DNA of 64,000 nucleotides from Longimicrobiales bacterium (lineage in GTDB: Bacteria; Gemmatimonadota; Gemmatimonadetes; Longimicrobiales; Gaopeijiaceae): contig CBDDCX010000008.1 in NCBI GenBank assembly GCA_965226375.1, positions 96,001 through 160,000 of the forward strand, read 5' to 3'. Shown here piece by piece: positions 9,985 through 20,364 of this stretch; within the stretch, counting starts at the first letter, position 1; the number at the start of each line of letters is the position of its first letter. The notes under the pieces are model-generated. The model was not told where the DNA came from, made no database searches, and was given only the letters and a program-made list of their open reading frames with translations. The position numbers were made by a program, and so were the translations under genes.

Positions 9985-10905
9985 TCAACCGCCGCCGTAG
10001 ATCGGAATACCCAGCTGCGCGGCATCGATCTCGAAGATGTCCGCGTCGCCGTCCTTATGGCTGGTGAAGTACAGGGTCCGGCCGTTGGTAGAGAGGGCCG
10101 GTCCGTACTCGTACTCCGGTGAGTTGACGCCCGGTCCCAAGTTCTGGGGCGTCGACCAACCACGCACCGTTCGTATGGACAGCCAGAGATCGTCCCCGCC
10201 GTACCCTTCGGGATCGTCCGTCCGAGCAAAGATAATGAAGCGCTGTTGCGGATCTACGAACACGTCGGCCTCGGAATTCTCCGTGTTCACGACGGCTCCC
10301 AGTGACTCGACCGCGTAACCCGTCGGACCCGGCGTTGCCTTGTAGAGGTCGGAGCGCCCCAGACCGCCCTCCCGATCCGAGGCGAAGTAGATCGTCCCGT
10401 CGAGCGCCACCGACGGATGGATCTCATTCGCTTCTGTGTTCACAGGGGAGGGGAGGGGTCGGAGTGGCCCCCAGCCGTCTTCCAGAAGCTCGATGAGCCA
10501 GATGTCGAGGTGGTCCAGGGCCTGGTCACCTTGCCCGGCGCGTGGCCGGTTCGACGAGTAGAAGAGCACTCTCCCGTCGACGCTCAGGCGAGCGCCTCGG
10601 TCCTCATAGGATCCCGAGAACGGCGCTAGTTGAGGTTCACTCCACCCGTCGGCGGTGCGTCGCGAGATGTGGACCCCGTGGTCGCCCCAGTTGGAGTTGT
10701 GGCGGCCGAAGACGGCGATCTGGTGCGCCGGATCGAAGGTGATCCAGGATTCGCCGCCCTCCGTGGAGAGCGTACCGGGGCCTACGATGGTCGCCGCGCC
10801 TACTTCCGCTTCGGTTCCCCCGCCAGGGTCCGCTGCACGATCCCCGCCGCATCCGTTCGTGAGGAGCAGGGTCAGGACGATCGTAGTGCTGGCTCGGACG
10901 GACAT
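9985..10905 (-). CDS. PD40/TolB-like beta-propeller lipoprotein
   Basis: Lipobox-like TNGC; repeats LFYSSNR, IYFASDREGGLGRSDLY, NLGPGVNS, LYFTS. Confidence 0.8.
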   Translation of the reverse strand: MSVRASTTIVLTLLLTNGCGGDRAADPGGGTEAEVGAATIVGPGTLSTEGGESWITFDPAHQIAVFGRHNSNWGDHGVHISRRTADGWSEPQLAPFSGSYEDRGARLSVDGRVLFYSSNRPRAGQGDQALDHLDIWLIELLEDGWGPLRPLPSPVNTEANEIHPSVALDGTIYFASDREGGLGRSDLYKATPGPTGYAVESLGAVVNTENSEADVFVDPQQRFIIFARTDDPEGYGGDDLWLSIRTVRGWSTPQNLGPGVNSPEYEYGPALSTNGRTLYFTSHKDGDADIFEIDAAQLGIPIYGGG

Positions 10906-11053
10906 GCTGGATCTCCAATGAAGAGTGGCCGGGCTCAGCGGACCATCCCCGTCCCTGTTCCCGTTCACCGTCGATCGCATACATCCCCTTGGTCGACGAC
11001 GCTTGTCATACCGTGCTGGCGCTTCAGAGTTCTGACCGTCGCCATGGCCCTGC

Positions 11054-11683
11054 CTAACTGGGCCCGATAGGCCGCACCTCGATGGTGCCCCCCCGCCGAA
11101 GGTGGGGATGTCCTCGCGCGAGCTCTACGGCCTCGTCGATATCGGAGGCCTGGACGACGAAATAGCCGCCCAGGTCGAGAGGGCCGGTCGGGTTGGAGTT
11201 CTCGGGAGCGACCATCCGGCTGTCGTCGAGTAGGCGCTCTCCCGACACCTCTCGCCCCGACCCCCGAATCTCTCTCGCCCAGGCAGCGTACTCGCTCACG
11301 ACACCAGCCTCCGCACCGGGCGGTGGCGGGGACACGGCGGGATCGGTGTAGATGAGAAAGGCGTAGCGGGGCTCGAGGATTGGACCCACCACGAACTGCT
11401 GGGCGGTGTCGTCGCCCTCGATGCGCGGTCGCTCGGGAGCGCCACTCCCCAGCCGGGTGCCGCCCCAAAACGCGACGACCAGCGCGGCGGCCTGTGCTAG
11501 CGGCTTCAACCCCGGTCGGCGGGTTCGGGGGACCGCATGTCGCCAATCAGCAACGACACGCTCTTCGAGTGCGCGTGTGGGATCGCGATCGCCGTACAGG
11601 GCTTGCACGGCCTCATTTTCCTCAGCCGTACTATCGAGTTCGTCTGGTACTGGTGCTCCCGGGCCCTCATGGTCGGTGTTCAT
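11054..11683 (-). CDS. Putative membrane anti-sigma factor with C-terminal YciI/YCII-related domain
   Basis: Overlaps the ECF sigma stop; one TM helix; LGGYFVVQASDIDEAVELARGHPHLRRGGTIEVRPI. Confidence 0.7.
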   Translation of the reverse strand: MNTDHEGPGAPVPDELDSTAEENEAVQALYGDRDPTRALEERVVADWRHAVPRTRRPGLKPLAQAAALVVAFWGGTRLGSGAPERPRIEGDDTAQQFVVGPILEPRYAFLIYTDPAVSPPPPGAEAGVVSEYAAWAREIRGSGREVSGERLLDDSRMVAPENSNPTGPLDLGGYFVVQASDIDEAVELARGHPHLRRGGTIEVRPIGPS

Positions 11684-12222
11684 CGTGCTTCACTCTTCCG
11701 TGGTTCCATGGCGGCCCGCAGCCATCCACGGGCGCGGGCGAGTTGGCTCTTGGAGGTGCCTGGGGCGATGCCCAGGGTCTCGGCTATCTCTGCGTGTCGA
11801 TATCCTTCCACGTGCAGGACCAGCACCGCTCGATACCCGGGCGGCATGGCCTCGAAGGCGCGCTCCAGGTCGACGCGGACTTCGGGGTCGTCGGGGCTGC
11901 CGCCGGCCAGGCTCGACGGATCGGTGTCCGCCTCACCCGTCGGCCGTCGGCTTGCCCTTCGAAGGGCATCCAAGCCGCTCCTCAGCGTCACTCCATAGGC
12001 CCACGTCGAAAAGGACGATTGCCACCGGAAGGAGGGGAGAGATCGGACGATGCGCTGCCAGGCCTCTTGCACGACATCCTCGGCGTCGGTCTGATGTCCG
12101 CCGGTCAGCCGCAACGCGAGACGGTAGAGAGTGGGTGTGACACGACGATACAGCTCCCTGAACGCCGTCTCGTCACCGGCGGCCAATATGCTCTTCACCA
12201 GTTCTCTGTCCGAGCCCGTCAT
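11680..12222 (-). CDS. ECF-family RNA polymerase sigma factor
   Basis: DAEDVVQEAW, SSFSTW, EIAETLGIAPGTSKSQLARAR. Confidence 0.92.
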   Translation of the reverse strand: MTGSDRELVKSILAAGDETAFRELYRRVTPTLYRLALRLTGGHQTDAEDVVQEAWQRIVRSLPSFRWQSSFSTWAYGVTLRSGLDALRRASRRPTGEADTDPSSLAGGSPDDPEVRVDLERAFEAMPPGYRAVLVLHVEGYRHAEIAETLGIAPGTSKSQLARARGWLRAAMEPRKSEAR

Positions 12223-12875
12223 CTCGTGGTCTTCGACTCCTGCACCGGGTCCACGAAGTCATTCACGACGATCATGATGTTGGCCCTCGGCGTCCCGGGA
12301 TCCACCACGATGGCGGCCTCGATAGAGGGAGGTCCCATGAGCCCCAACTCTTCGCCTGTCAGATAGGGATAGTAGATCATCAGGTGTGGCTTCCACGCGC
12401 CCACGTATTCGCCCTCGTCGTTATAGAGAACTTGAGCCGACGACATCATGTACGACATCGCCGGCCGCGTGGGAAGCCGGAACTCGCCGTTTCGGAGCCC
12501 CTCCGCGATCACCGCGTCGATCTCCTCCGGTGCCGCTCCTTCGTGACGCATCTCTGTAGTCTTGAGACTCATGGGGAGGATGGTGGTCGCGGCCTCGTGG
12601 TCGAAGCAATGGGGCTCGACACTTTCCACCCAGCTCCGCGACACGTAGCACGTGACTCCGCCGGTGCCTTCGACGGCGACGCGGTATCCGTCCTGGGTGA
12701 ACACGAGTACGGTCGCCGTTTCGCTGACCGCGGATGGGGCCGCACTTCTGGCCAGGGCGATCTCGAGATCTCGATCCATGGTGGATCTCGGGCCTGACTG
12801 GCCGGCGGATTCGGAGTGGGCCGACAGGGAGCCGGCCGACAACGACATCAGGGTCAGAAGCAACAACGAGTGCAT
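12219..12875 (-). CDS. Secreted conserved hypothetical protein
   Basis: Signal peptide; stop overlaps the sigma start; LARSAAP...MSYMMS...WKPHLMIYYP. Confidence 0.7.
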   Translation of the reverse strand: MHSLLLLTLMSLSAGSLSAHSESAGQSGPRSTMDRDLEIALARSAAPSAVSETATVLVFTQDGYRVAVEGTGGVTCYVSRSWVESVEPHCFDHEAATTILPMSLKTTEMRHEGAAPEEIDAVIAEGLRNGEFRLPTRPAMSYMMSSAQVLYNDEGEYVGAWKPHLMIYYPYLTGEELGLMGPPSIEAAIVVDPGTPRANIMIVVNDFVDPVQESKTTR

Positions 12876-13138
12876 TGGGACTCTCCTCGGATCGGTGCCG
12901 CAGCGATCCCCTTCGCAACACGGAACAGGGCGCTCGGCGATTCACGGTATCGGTGATCGTCGGTGCGTCGCCGAAACCGGCCCCGGGGTTGCATGGGGTA
13001 GTGGGTCAACGGACCGAATACCCGATCAGCGGTGTCGTGGACACCTCACCGGCAACGGGCGATCTTTCCTGCTGTCTCTCACCTGAATCGAACGGGTCGG
13101 ACGCGCGTCGTGGCCGGCCATCTCCATAGGGAAACCGC

Positions 13139-14695
13139 ATGAGTCACGTCCTGAAGAATCTCGGTATCGAGGACCACAACCTCGGAGGATTCTGCGGCGA
13201 ATGGCTGGGCTCGGGCCCCGAGCTCCAGGTCACTACCCCCATCGACGGATCGGTCATCGGGATCGTTCAGCAGGTCACCGAGGACGAATACGATCGCATC
13301 GTGGATCGGGCACACGAGGCCTTTCTCCACTGGCGGACCGTGCCCGCGCCCCGGCGGGGCGAACTGGTGCGACAGATCGGCGATCGACTCCGTGAGTTGA
13401 AGTCCGATCTGGGTGCTCTGGTGGCGCTGGAGATGGGCAAGATTCAGGCGGAGGGCGAGGGCGAGGTCCAAGAGATGATCGACATCTGTGACTTCGCCAC
13501 GGGACTTTCGCGTCAGCTCTACGGACTCACGATCGCCTCGGAGCGCCAGGACCACCGCATGATGGAGCAGTGGCATCCGCTCGGAGTTGTGGGCGTCATC
13601 AGCGCGTTCAACTTCCCCGTGGCGGTATGGAGCTGGAATGCGGCCCTGGCTTCGGTTTGTGGCGATTCCGTCCTTTGGAAGCCGGCCAGCCAGACGCCAC
13701 TGACGGCGATCGCAGTGACCAAGATTGCGCAGTCGGTCTGCGAGGATAACGGAGTGGACCCCGCTGTCTTCTCCCTGACGGTGGGGAAGGGGTCCAGTGT
13801 GGGTGACCGGCTCCTACACGATCGCCGCATCCCGCTCGTGTCCGCCACCGGCAGCTGTGCCGTGGGTTATCGCGTTGCCGAGGTGGTCGGAAAGAGACTC
13901 GGCCGAACGATCCTGGAGCTCGGCGGCAACAACGCGATCATCGTCACGCCGCACGCCAACCTGGATATTGCCTTGCCCGGCATCGTCTTCGGCTCGGTCG
14001 GTACGGCCGGTCAGCGCTGCACGAGCACGCGTCGCATCATCGTGCACGAGTCCGTGCGGGACGAGCTGGTCAGCCGGCTCATCCGCGCGTACGAGGGGGT
14101 TCGGATCGGAGATCCTCGCGAACCCGAGACGCTCATGGGTCCGCTCGTCAACCTCGGGGCCGTGGACGACCTGCAGAACGCCGTTCGACGGGTGCAGGAA
14201 GAGGGAGGGGAGATCCTTTACGGTGGTGAGCGCCTTGACGGGGACCAGTACCCCGGCGGACACTACGTCACGCCCTGCATCGCGAGTGCCAAGAACGAGT
14301 ACGAAATCGTGCAGGAAGAGACGTTCGCGCCGATCCTCTACATCATCGGATACGGAAACGCGTCGTCCTCGCCAGGGGAGTCGGTGGATGAGCTCGATGA
14401 AGCGATGGCCATTCACAACGGCGTTCCCCAGGGACTCTCCTCGGCCATCTTTACGGACCACGTCCGTGAGGCCGAATACTTCCTGTCGCACCGAGGGAGC
14501 GACTGCGGGATCGCCAACGTGAACATCGGCACCAGCGGTGCCGAGATCGGTGGGGCCTTCGGCGGTGAGAAGGAGACCGGCGGTGGGCGAGAATCCGGTT
14601 CCGACGCCTGGAAGGCCTACATGCGCCGACAGACGAACACGGTCAACTGGAGCACTGAGCTCCCCCTGGCTCAAGGTATCGAGTTCGGGTCGTAG
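13139..14695 (+). CDS. Aldehyde dehydrogenase family 7 (alpha-aminoadipate semialdehyde / piperideine-6-carboxylate dehydrogenase-like)
   Basis: GEVQEMIDICDFA, ISAFNFPVAVWSWN, LELGGNN, GTAGQRCT, GTSGAEIGGAFGGEKETGGGRESGSDAWK. Confidence 0.9.
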   Translation: MSHVLKNLGIEDHNLGGFCGEWLGSGPELQVTTPIDGSVIGIVQQVTEDEYDRIVDRAHEAFLHWRTVPAPRRGELVRQIGDRLRELKSDLGALVALEMGKIQAEGEGEVQEMIDICDFATGLSRQLYGLTIASERQDHRMMEQWHPLGVVGVISAFNFPVAVWSWNAALASVCGDSVLWKPASQTPLTAIAVTKIAQSVCEDNGVDPAVFSLTVGKGSSVGDRLLHDRRIPLVSATGSCAVGYRVAEVVGKRLGRTILELGGNNAIIVTPHANLDIALPGIVFGSVGTAGQRCTSTRRIIVHESVRDELVSRLIRAYEGVRIGDPREPETLMGPLVNLGAVDDLQNAVRRVQEEGGEILYGGERLDGDQYPGGHYVTPCIASAKNEYEIVQEETFAPILYIIGYGNASSSPGESVDELDEAMAIHNGVPQGLSSAIFTDHVREAEYFLSHRGSDCGIANVNIGTSGAEIGGAFGGEKETGGGRESGSDAWKAYMRRQTNTVNWSTELPLAQGIEFGS

Positions 14696-14805
14696 GGATT
14701 CCCCATCACTTCATGATGAATCCGGACGGTCCCCTCGTACGTATATTTGATGTGGTACTACGGACACCAGGCGTCGAGAACGCCTGATTTCGAGGAGGTT
14801 GGTCG

Positions 14806-15030
14806 GTGGCACGTTGCAGCGCTACGACGAAAAAGGGGACCCAGTGTCGGCTCAACGCCCTGGAGGGCTCCGACTTCTGTGCGGTCCATATCAGTCAGGA
14901 TCCGTCGGCTCCGACCGGCCGGGAGGCCATCGAGGAGCTCGAGAACCGACTCAGTGAGACGGCGAAGACCGTGCTCGGATTGGCGATCGCCGCCGGTATC
15001 GTTCTTTCGGTCTTGATCAAGCGTCGCTAG
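14806..15030 (+). CDS. Small C3H zinc-finger-like protein with C-terminal TM helix
   Basis: GAGGAGG RBS; CSATTKKGTQC...FCAVH; hydrophobic tail followed by KRR. Confidence 0.65.
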   Translation: MARCSATTKKGTQCRLNALEGSDFCAVHISQDPSAPTGREAIEELENRLSETAKTVLGLAIAAGIVLSVLIKRR

Positions 15031-15097
15031 ACGCCAGGGGCGCTTCCGGCGCCGGGTTCCCCGGCTCCGGGGCCTCAGGCGCTGGACAACCCGACCG

Positions 15098-15289
15098 CTA
15101 ATTTCCCCCGATCGGCTCTCCGCCCCGGTCGTCCAGCAGCCGGTTGAAGCGGGCGACGTCCTCTCCGGAGAGCGTCTCCATCTGTCGCTGGTAGTCTTCC
15201 AGCTCACTCAGTAGCATGTCGAAGACCTCTCGGGCCTGGTCTGTTGGGCCATCGTCCGTACCCGTGATGTAGCCCGCGAGGCCGGCGAC
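15098..15289 (-). pseudogene. 3' relic of a large VPS10/BNR glycosyl-hydrolase-like protein
   Basis: Start-less frame VAGLAGYITGTDDGPTDQAREVFDMLLSELEDYQRQMETLSGEDVARFNRLLDDRG* cut at a CTAGTGT motif. Confidence 0.5.
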
Positions 15290-15427
15290 GGAACACTAGC
15301 GGGGTTCCGAGACCGAAGGTAGCGGTGGGCGCGGTTCGTCCCATCTTGGAGTCCCTCAGCGGTGTTGCTCGGCGGTGGTGCTCGGCGGTGGTGCTCGGCG
15401 GGTGTTTTGGTTTCGGGAGGTCGTGGA

Positions 15428-15934
15428 ATGGCGAATTGGCGGCGGTGGCTCAGCGTGTTGAATGGTGTGGCGTGTGCGTTCCTCGTGGGCCTCGGGGGGG
15501 CATGTGGACCGCAGGCCTCGCAGGAGAGTGCCCCAGGGCTCGATCTCCAAAGCGTGAGGGAGTCGCTCCTAGAGGCCGACCGCGCGTTCAACCGGGCCAC
15601 TCAGGAGTCCGGGGCGGACGGTTGGGTATCCTTCTTCGACGATGCAGGGGCGATGATCCAGGCCGGGGCGGGTGAGATACGGGGTCTCGAGGCCATACGA
15701 GAAGCGATGGAGGGCACGTTCTCGTCGTCAGGCGTCTCCCTCACGTGGCGTCCGACTCGGGCACACGCGTCCGATGACGGCACCCTCGGCTTCACCGTGG
15801 GCGAGTATGAATCCACCAGCCCGGGGTCCGATGGCGAACCGGTCGTAGGTCACGGGTTGTACGTGAGCATCTGGGTTATGCAGCCCGACGGCTCATGGAA
15901 GGTGATCATGGATCTTGGTAATCCGACGAGCTGA
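15428..15934 (+). CDS. NTF2-like DUF4440 lipoprotein
   Basis: ADRAF...LTWRP..AHASDDGTLGFTVG...YVSIWVMQPDGSWKVIMDLGN. Confidence 0.8.
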   Translation: MANWRRWLSVLNGVACAFLVGLGGACGPQASQESAPGLDLQSVRESLLEADRAFNRATQESGADGWVSFFDDAGAMIQAGAGEIRGLEAIREAMEGTFSSSGVSLTWRPTRAHASDDGTLGFTVGEYESTSPGSDGEPVVGHGLYVSIWVMQPDGSWKVIMDLGNPTS

Positions 15935-15995
15935 ACCTTTCGGGGATTCGCATGTTAAGCGTATTCGTAGAACACTTTTCATGAGCGGAGCAGAG

Positions 15996-18900
15996 ATGAT
16001 GGTACGGCGATGGGTGGTCTTGGTGTTGGCGTTTCTCCTCGGTTCAGTGTCCGCTCTGGTCGCGCAATACGAGCCGTCCGGAGAGAGGGAGAAGAGCGTG
16101 GAGCAGGAGGGCCTGCCCCTGGCGCCCGGTCGGCGTGTCCAGGCGACTCTTACCGAGGGCTCCTGGCTGTCCGTAGACGTGAGTCCGGACGCTGGCACTC
16201 TAGTGTTCGATCTCCTTGGTGATCTCTACACGATGCCTTTCTCGGGAGGCGTTCCCACGCCTCTGACCCAGGGAATGGCGTTCGACGGGCAACCCCGCTT
16301 CAGCCCAGACGGCGAGCGGGTCGTTTATACGTCCGACCGGGACGGTGGCGAGAACGTGTGGATCATATCTCTCGACAAGAGTGACACGGTCCAGGTCACA
16401 GAGGGGAAGGACGCGTCGTACCAGTCACCCGAGTGGACCCCGGACGGAGATTACGTCCTCGCAACCAAACGACCCTCCGGGGTGGGCTCGATTTGGATGT
16501 ACCACGTGGACGGAGGATCCGGGGTCGAGGTGACCAAGGATGATGACGACGGCAACCGGACCACCGGGGCCGCTTTCGGCCCGGACGAGCGCTTCATCTG
16601 GTACGCCCAGCGGACCGGGTCGTGGGAGTACAACTCGGACATGAGCGACTATCAGCTCAGGGTCTACGACCGCGAGACCGGAGAGACGTTCAGCCGCTCG
16701 AACCGGTACGGAGGAGCGATTCGGCCGACTCTGTCGCCCGACGGCCGCTGGCTGGTCTACGCGACCCGTCATGTGGCCGAGACGGCCCTGCGACTGCGCG
16801 ACCTCTCGAACGGTGAAGAGCGTTGGCTCGCTCATCCCGTCCAGAGGGACGACCAGGAGAGCCGCGCGAGTCGGGACGCCTATCCGGGTATGTCCTTCAC
16901 CCCTGACTCTCGAGAGGTGGTGGTCACGTATGGGGGTGGAATCTGGCGAGTCCCCGTAGACGGATCGGAGCCCACCCAGATCAAGTTCGTCGCGGACGTG
17001 AACATCCCCATCGGACCGTCGGTGGACTTCGACTATCCGGTCGACGACTCACCGACCTTTGTCGCGAAACAAATCCGTGACGCGGTCCCATCGTCCGACG
17101 GAAGCCGCCTGGCCTTCACGGTGTTCAGCGCGCTCTACGTCATGGACTATCCCGATGGCACGCCGACCCGCCTGGCCGGCGATGTCGACGCCATGCAGCA
17201 CCACCCGACCTGGTCTCCGGATGGTGAGTGGATCGCCTTCAGCGCATGGCGCGACGATACGCGGGGGAACCTCTACAGGGTCCGCTCGGACGGAGGGGGC
17301 GATGCCGAGCAGCTGACCGAAGACGCGGGTCTCTACAGCACGCCCCAGTGGTCTCCGGACGGAGAGCGGATCCTCGTGGTACGAGGCGCCGCACGGACGT
17401 ATGAGGAGGCGATCGAGCGTGGTTCACCCACGGAGCCACAGGATCTCGTGTGGATTCCGGCCGCCGGGGGTCCCGCCACGCTGGTCACGCCCATGGGTTC
17501 GCTCTCCGCTCCGCACTTCACGAGCGACCCGACCCGCATCTTCGCATATAGCAGCGCCGACGGACTCATCTCCATGAGGTGGGACGGCACCGATCGGAAG
17601 GGACTCGTGAAGGTGACCGGCGGGACCGTTCCCGGGGCGGAGCAGCCACAACGGGCTTCTCTTGTCCTCATGGCTCCGACGGGTGATCAGGCCCTGGCCC
17701 AGGTGGTGCACGATCTCTACGTGGTTACGGTGCCCCGGGTTGGGGGTGAGACGCCCACCATCTCGGTGGGCGATCCTGACAAGGCGTCCTTCCCCGCTCG
17801 CAAGCTTACCGACATCGGGGGCCAATTCCCCACGTGGGCCAGCGACGGTCGGACCGTCCATTGGTCGATCGGCAATGCACACGTGGTCTACGATCTGGAT
17901 GCTGCCGAGGCGTTCGAGGATAGCGTGGCTACAGCGGAACGGGCCGAGGCCGAGGCCGAGGCGGACGAGGAGCCCGCCGACGAAGCCGAAGAAGATGCGG
18001 ACGAGGACGAGGACGACGTGGGCTACGAGCCGACCGAGACCCGCATCCGCATCGAGATCCAGCGGGATTCGCACCAGGACGTCGCGGTCCTTCGTGGAGG
18101 CCGTGTCATCACGATGCGCGGCGAAGAGGTCATCGAGAATGCCGATCTGGTTGTCCGCGGCAACAGAATCGTGTCGGTGGGACCACGAGGTAGCGTTGCC
18201 TTACCCGAGGGTGCCGAGGTCATAGACGTCACGGGCAAGACCGTGGTGCCGGGCTTTGTCGATACCCACGCCCACCTGCGGACCGCGAACGGCTTCCATC
18301 GGGCGCAACCGTGGTCCTATGCGGCGAACCTGGCATATGGCGTAACGACGGCCCGGGACCCGCAGACGGGAACGACGGACGTGCTTTCGTACGAGGATCG
18401 CGTTCGTGCGGGAATGGCACTCGGCCCCAGGATCTACTCGACGGGCCCAGGCGTCTTCAGCTCGGAGCGCATCCAGAGTCTGGACCACGCCCAGGACGTG
18501 CTCAGACGCTACAGCGACTACTACGACACCAAGACCATCAAGATGTATGGGGCGGGTAATAGAGAGCAGCGCCAATGGATCATCGAGGCCGCGCGCGAGC
18601 TGCAACTCATGCCTACCACGGAGGGCAGCCTGGACTTGAAGCTCAACATGACCATGGCCATCGACGGGTACTCGGGCACCGAGCACAATCTTCCGGGCGT
18701 GCCATTGTACGACGATGTCGTGCAGCTCGTGGCACAGTCCCGAATGGCGACCACTCCCACGATGCTGGTCACGTACGGTGGGCCGTGGGGCGAGAACTAC
18801 TACTACGCCACGGAGAACGTTCTCGATGACCAGAAGCTTCGGACGTTCACTCCCTTCGAAGAGATCCAGAGAAAGGCGTTGCGACGTCCGCGACCCGGCC

Positions 18901-19355
18901 CGGGTCCGTCGGGGTGGTTCCACGAGAGCCAGTTCATATTCTCCGAGATATCGGACTTCATCGACGACGTGGTCGAGGCCGGTGGGCGAGCCGGCGTGGG
19001 GAGTCACGGACAACTACAGGGTCTCGGATTTCACTGGGAGATGTGGCTCGTAGGCTCCTCGAGCAACATGACCGAGCACGAGGCCCTGGCCATCGCCACG
19101 CGTATCGGTGCGGAGGCGCTGGGACTCGACCAGGATCTCGGATCCATCGAGCCCGGCAAGCTCGCCGACTTGGTGATCCTCGACGGAAACCCCCTTCAGG
19201 ATCTTCGAAACACGAACACGGTGGATCGGGTCATGAAGAACGGAAGGCTCTACGAAGGCGATTCCCTGGACGAGATCTGGCCTCGAAAGCGGAAGGCGGG
19301 TCCCTTCTACTGGCAGGAAGATGTCCAGCCCGAGACCAGGGCGGGAGTCCGATGA
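15996..19355 (+). CDS. Secreted PD40 beta-propeller plus amidohydrolase fusion
   Basis: Multiple P.(W/F)SPDG repeats; PGFVDTHAH, GSHGQLQGLG, GSIEPGKLADLVIL. Confidence 0.88.
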   Translation: MMVRRWVVLVLAFLLGSVSALVAQYEPSGEREKSVEQEGLPLAPGRRVQATLTEGSWLSVDVSPDAGTLVFDLLGDLYTMPFSGGVPTPLTQGMAFDGQPRFSPDGERVVYTSDRDGGENVWIISLDKSDTVQVTEGKDASYQSPEWTPDGDYVLATKRPSGVGSIWMYHVDGGSGVEVTKDDDDGNRTTGAAFGPDERFIWYAQRTGSWEYNSDMSDYQLRVYDRETGETFSRSNRYGGAIRPTLSPDGRWLVYATRHVAETALRLRDLSNGEERWLAHPVQRDDQESRASRDAYPGMSFTPDSREVVVTYGGGIWRVPVDGSEPTQIKFVADVNIPIGPSVDFDYPVDDSPTFVAKQIRDAVPSSDGSRLAFTVFSALYVMDYPDGTPTRLAGDVDAMQHHPTWSPDGEWIAFSAWRDDTRGNLYRVRSDGGGDAEQLTEDAGLYSTPQWSPDGERILVVRGAARTYEEAIERGSPTEPQDLVWIPAAGGPATLVTPMGSLSAPHFTSDPTRIFAYSSADGLISMRWDGTDRKGLVKVTGGTVPGAEQPQRASLVLMAPTGDQALAQVVHDLYVVTVPRVGGETPTISVGDPDKASFPARKLTDIGGQFPTWASDGRTVHWSIGNAHVVYDLDAAEAFEDSVATAERAEAEAEADEEPADEAEEDADEDEDDVGYEPTETRIRIEIQRDSHQDVAVLRGGRVITMRGEEVIENADLVVRGNRIVSVGPRGSVALPEGAEVIDVTGKTVVPGFVDTHAHLRTANGFHRAQPWSYAANLAYGVTTARDPQTGTTDVLSYEDRVRAGMALGPRIYSTGPGVFSSERIQSLDHAQDVLRRYSDYYDTKTIKMYGAGNREQRQWIIEAARELQLMPTTEGSLDLKLNMTMAIDGYSGTEHNLPGVPLYDDVVQLVAQSRMATTPTMLVTYGGPWGENYYYATENVLDDQKLRTFTPFEEIQRKALRRPRPGPGPSGWFHESQFIFSEISDFIDDVVEAGGRAGVGSHGQLQGLGFHWEMWLVGSSSNMTEHEALAIATRIGAEALGLDQDLGSIEPGKLADLVILDGNPLQDLRNTNTVDRVMKNGRLYEGDSLDEIWPRKRKAGPFYWQEDVQPETRAGVR

Positions 19356-19834
19356 AGGGCGTGGTCGGTTTAGGGGCGTTTGGCGTGATCGCCTACCTCG
19401 CCTCTGCCGCGATCGCGATAGCCCTCTCGTCCGTGCCGGCGTCCGCCCAAGACTCCGACGTCCAGGGCGCCTGGAACGCGGAAACATACTTCCTGAAGGC
19501 CGGTGCCGAGCACCGAGTGGAGGGTCGGATCTTCTTGACCGAGTCCGACTGGCAGGTCGTGTTCTTCGTGGTCGACGACCAAGGTGAGATCAAGAGGGGG
19601 TCGGCCGAGGGAGGTACATACACGCTCGATGGGGATGCGCTCACCTTCTGGCACCTCCACAATTTCTCTACCGGAGAGGCTATGGAGGGGCTCGAAGAGG
19701 CACCTCTTCGTATGGTCTACCGTGATCTCGAGAACGCGCCCCAGGAGCCGTCCAACGTTTACGTCGAAGGCGACCAGCTCACTTTAGCGTTTCCGTCGGG
19801 AAACAGACTGCTCTTCACCCGGAGTTCGCGATGA
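19352..19834 (+). CDS. Secreted lipocalin-like hypothetical protein
   Basis: ATGA overlap with upstream gene; signal peptide; VQGAW...GTYTLDGDALT. Confidence 0.65.
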   Translation: MKGVVGLGAFGVIAYLASAAIAIALSSVPASAQDSDVQGAWNAETYFLKAGAEHRVEGRIFLTESDWQVVFFVVDDQGEIKRGSAEGGTYTLDGDALTFWHLHNFSTGEAMEGLEEAPLRMVYRDLENAPQEPSNVYVEGDQLTLAFPSGNRLLFTRSSR

Positions 19835-20364
19835 CCACGCTTGTCGAGAGACCTGATGCCGCCGAGCACGAGGCGTACTACAGCACGTACATCGACCAAG
19901 TGCCCGAGGGCGATGTGCTGGAGATGTTGAGCACTCAGATCGAGACGACGCTGGAACTTCTAGAGTCGGTCTCGCCCGAACTGGAGGAGCATCGGTACGC
20001 ACCGGCCAAGTGGTCGGTGCGCGAGGTCGTGGGACACGTCATCGATGCGGAACGCGTCTTCGCCCACCGGGCCTTCACCTTCGCTCGAGCCGATGAGGCG
20101 CCCCTTCTGGGGATGGACCAGAACGACTATGCGGGGGCGTCCAACGCCGCGGATCGGCCCCTCGCGGACCTCTCGGCCGAGCTGGCGGCGGTCCGCGGGG
20201 CGACCTTGGCCCTATTCCGGGGACTTCCCGCCGAGGCATGGACACGTTCCGGCGTGGCGAGCGGCTTCCCGTTCAGCGTGCGCTGTTTCCCCTTCATTAT
20301 CGTGGGTCACGAGATCCATCATCGAAAAGGGCTCGTGGAGAATTATCTGACTCAGGACAGCTAA
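19831..20364 (+). CDS. DinB family protein
   Basis: YAPAKWSVREVVGHVIDAERVF...GHEIHH. Confidence 0.88.
   Translation: MTTLVERPDAAEHEAYYSTYIDQVPEGDVLEMLSTQIETTLELLESVSPELEEHRYAPAKWSVREVVGHVIDAERVFAHRAFTFARADEAPLLGMDQNDYAGASNAADRPLADLSAELAAVRGATLALFRGLPAEAWTRSGVASGFPFSVRCFPFIIVGHEIHHRKGLVENYLTQDS

Noticed and set aside
15355..15402. 13-bp tandem repeat GTGGTGCTCGGCG about three times
   Set aside because: Short intergenic slippage repeat with no supportable function
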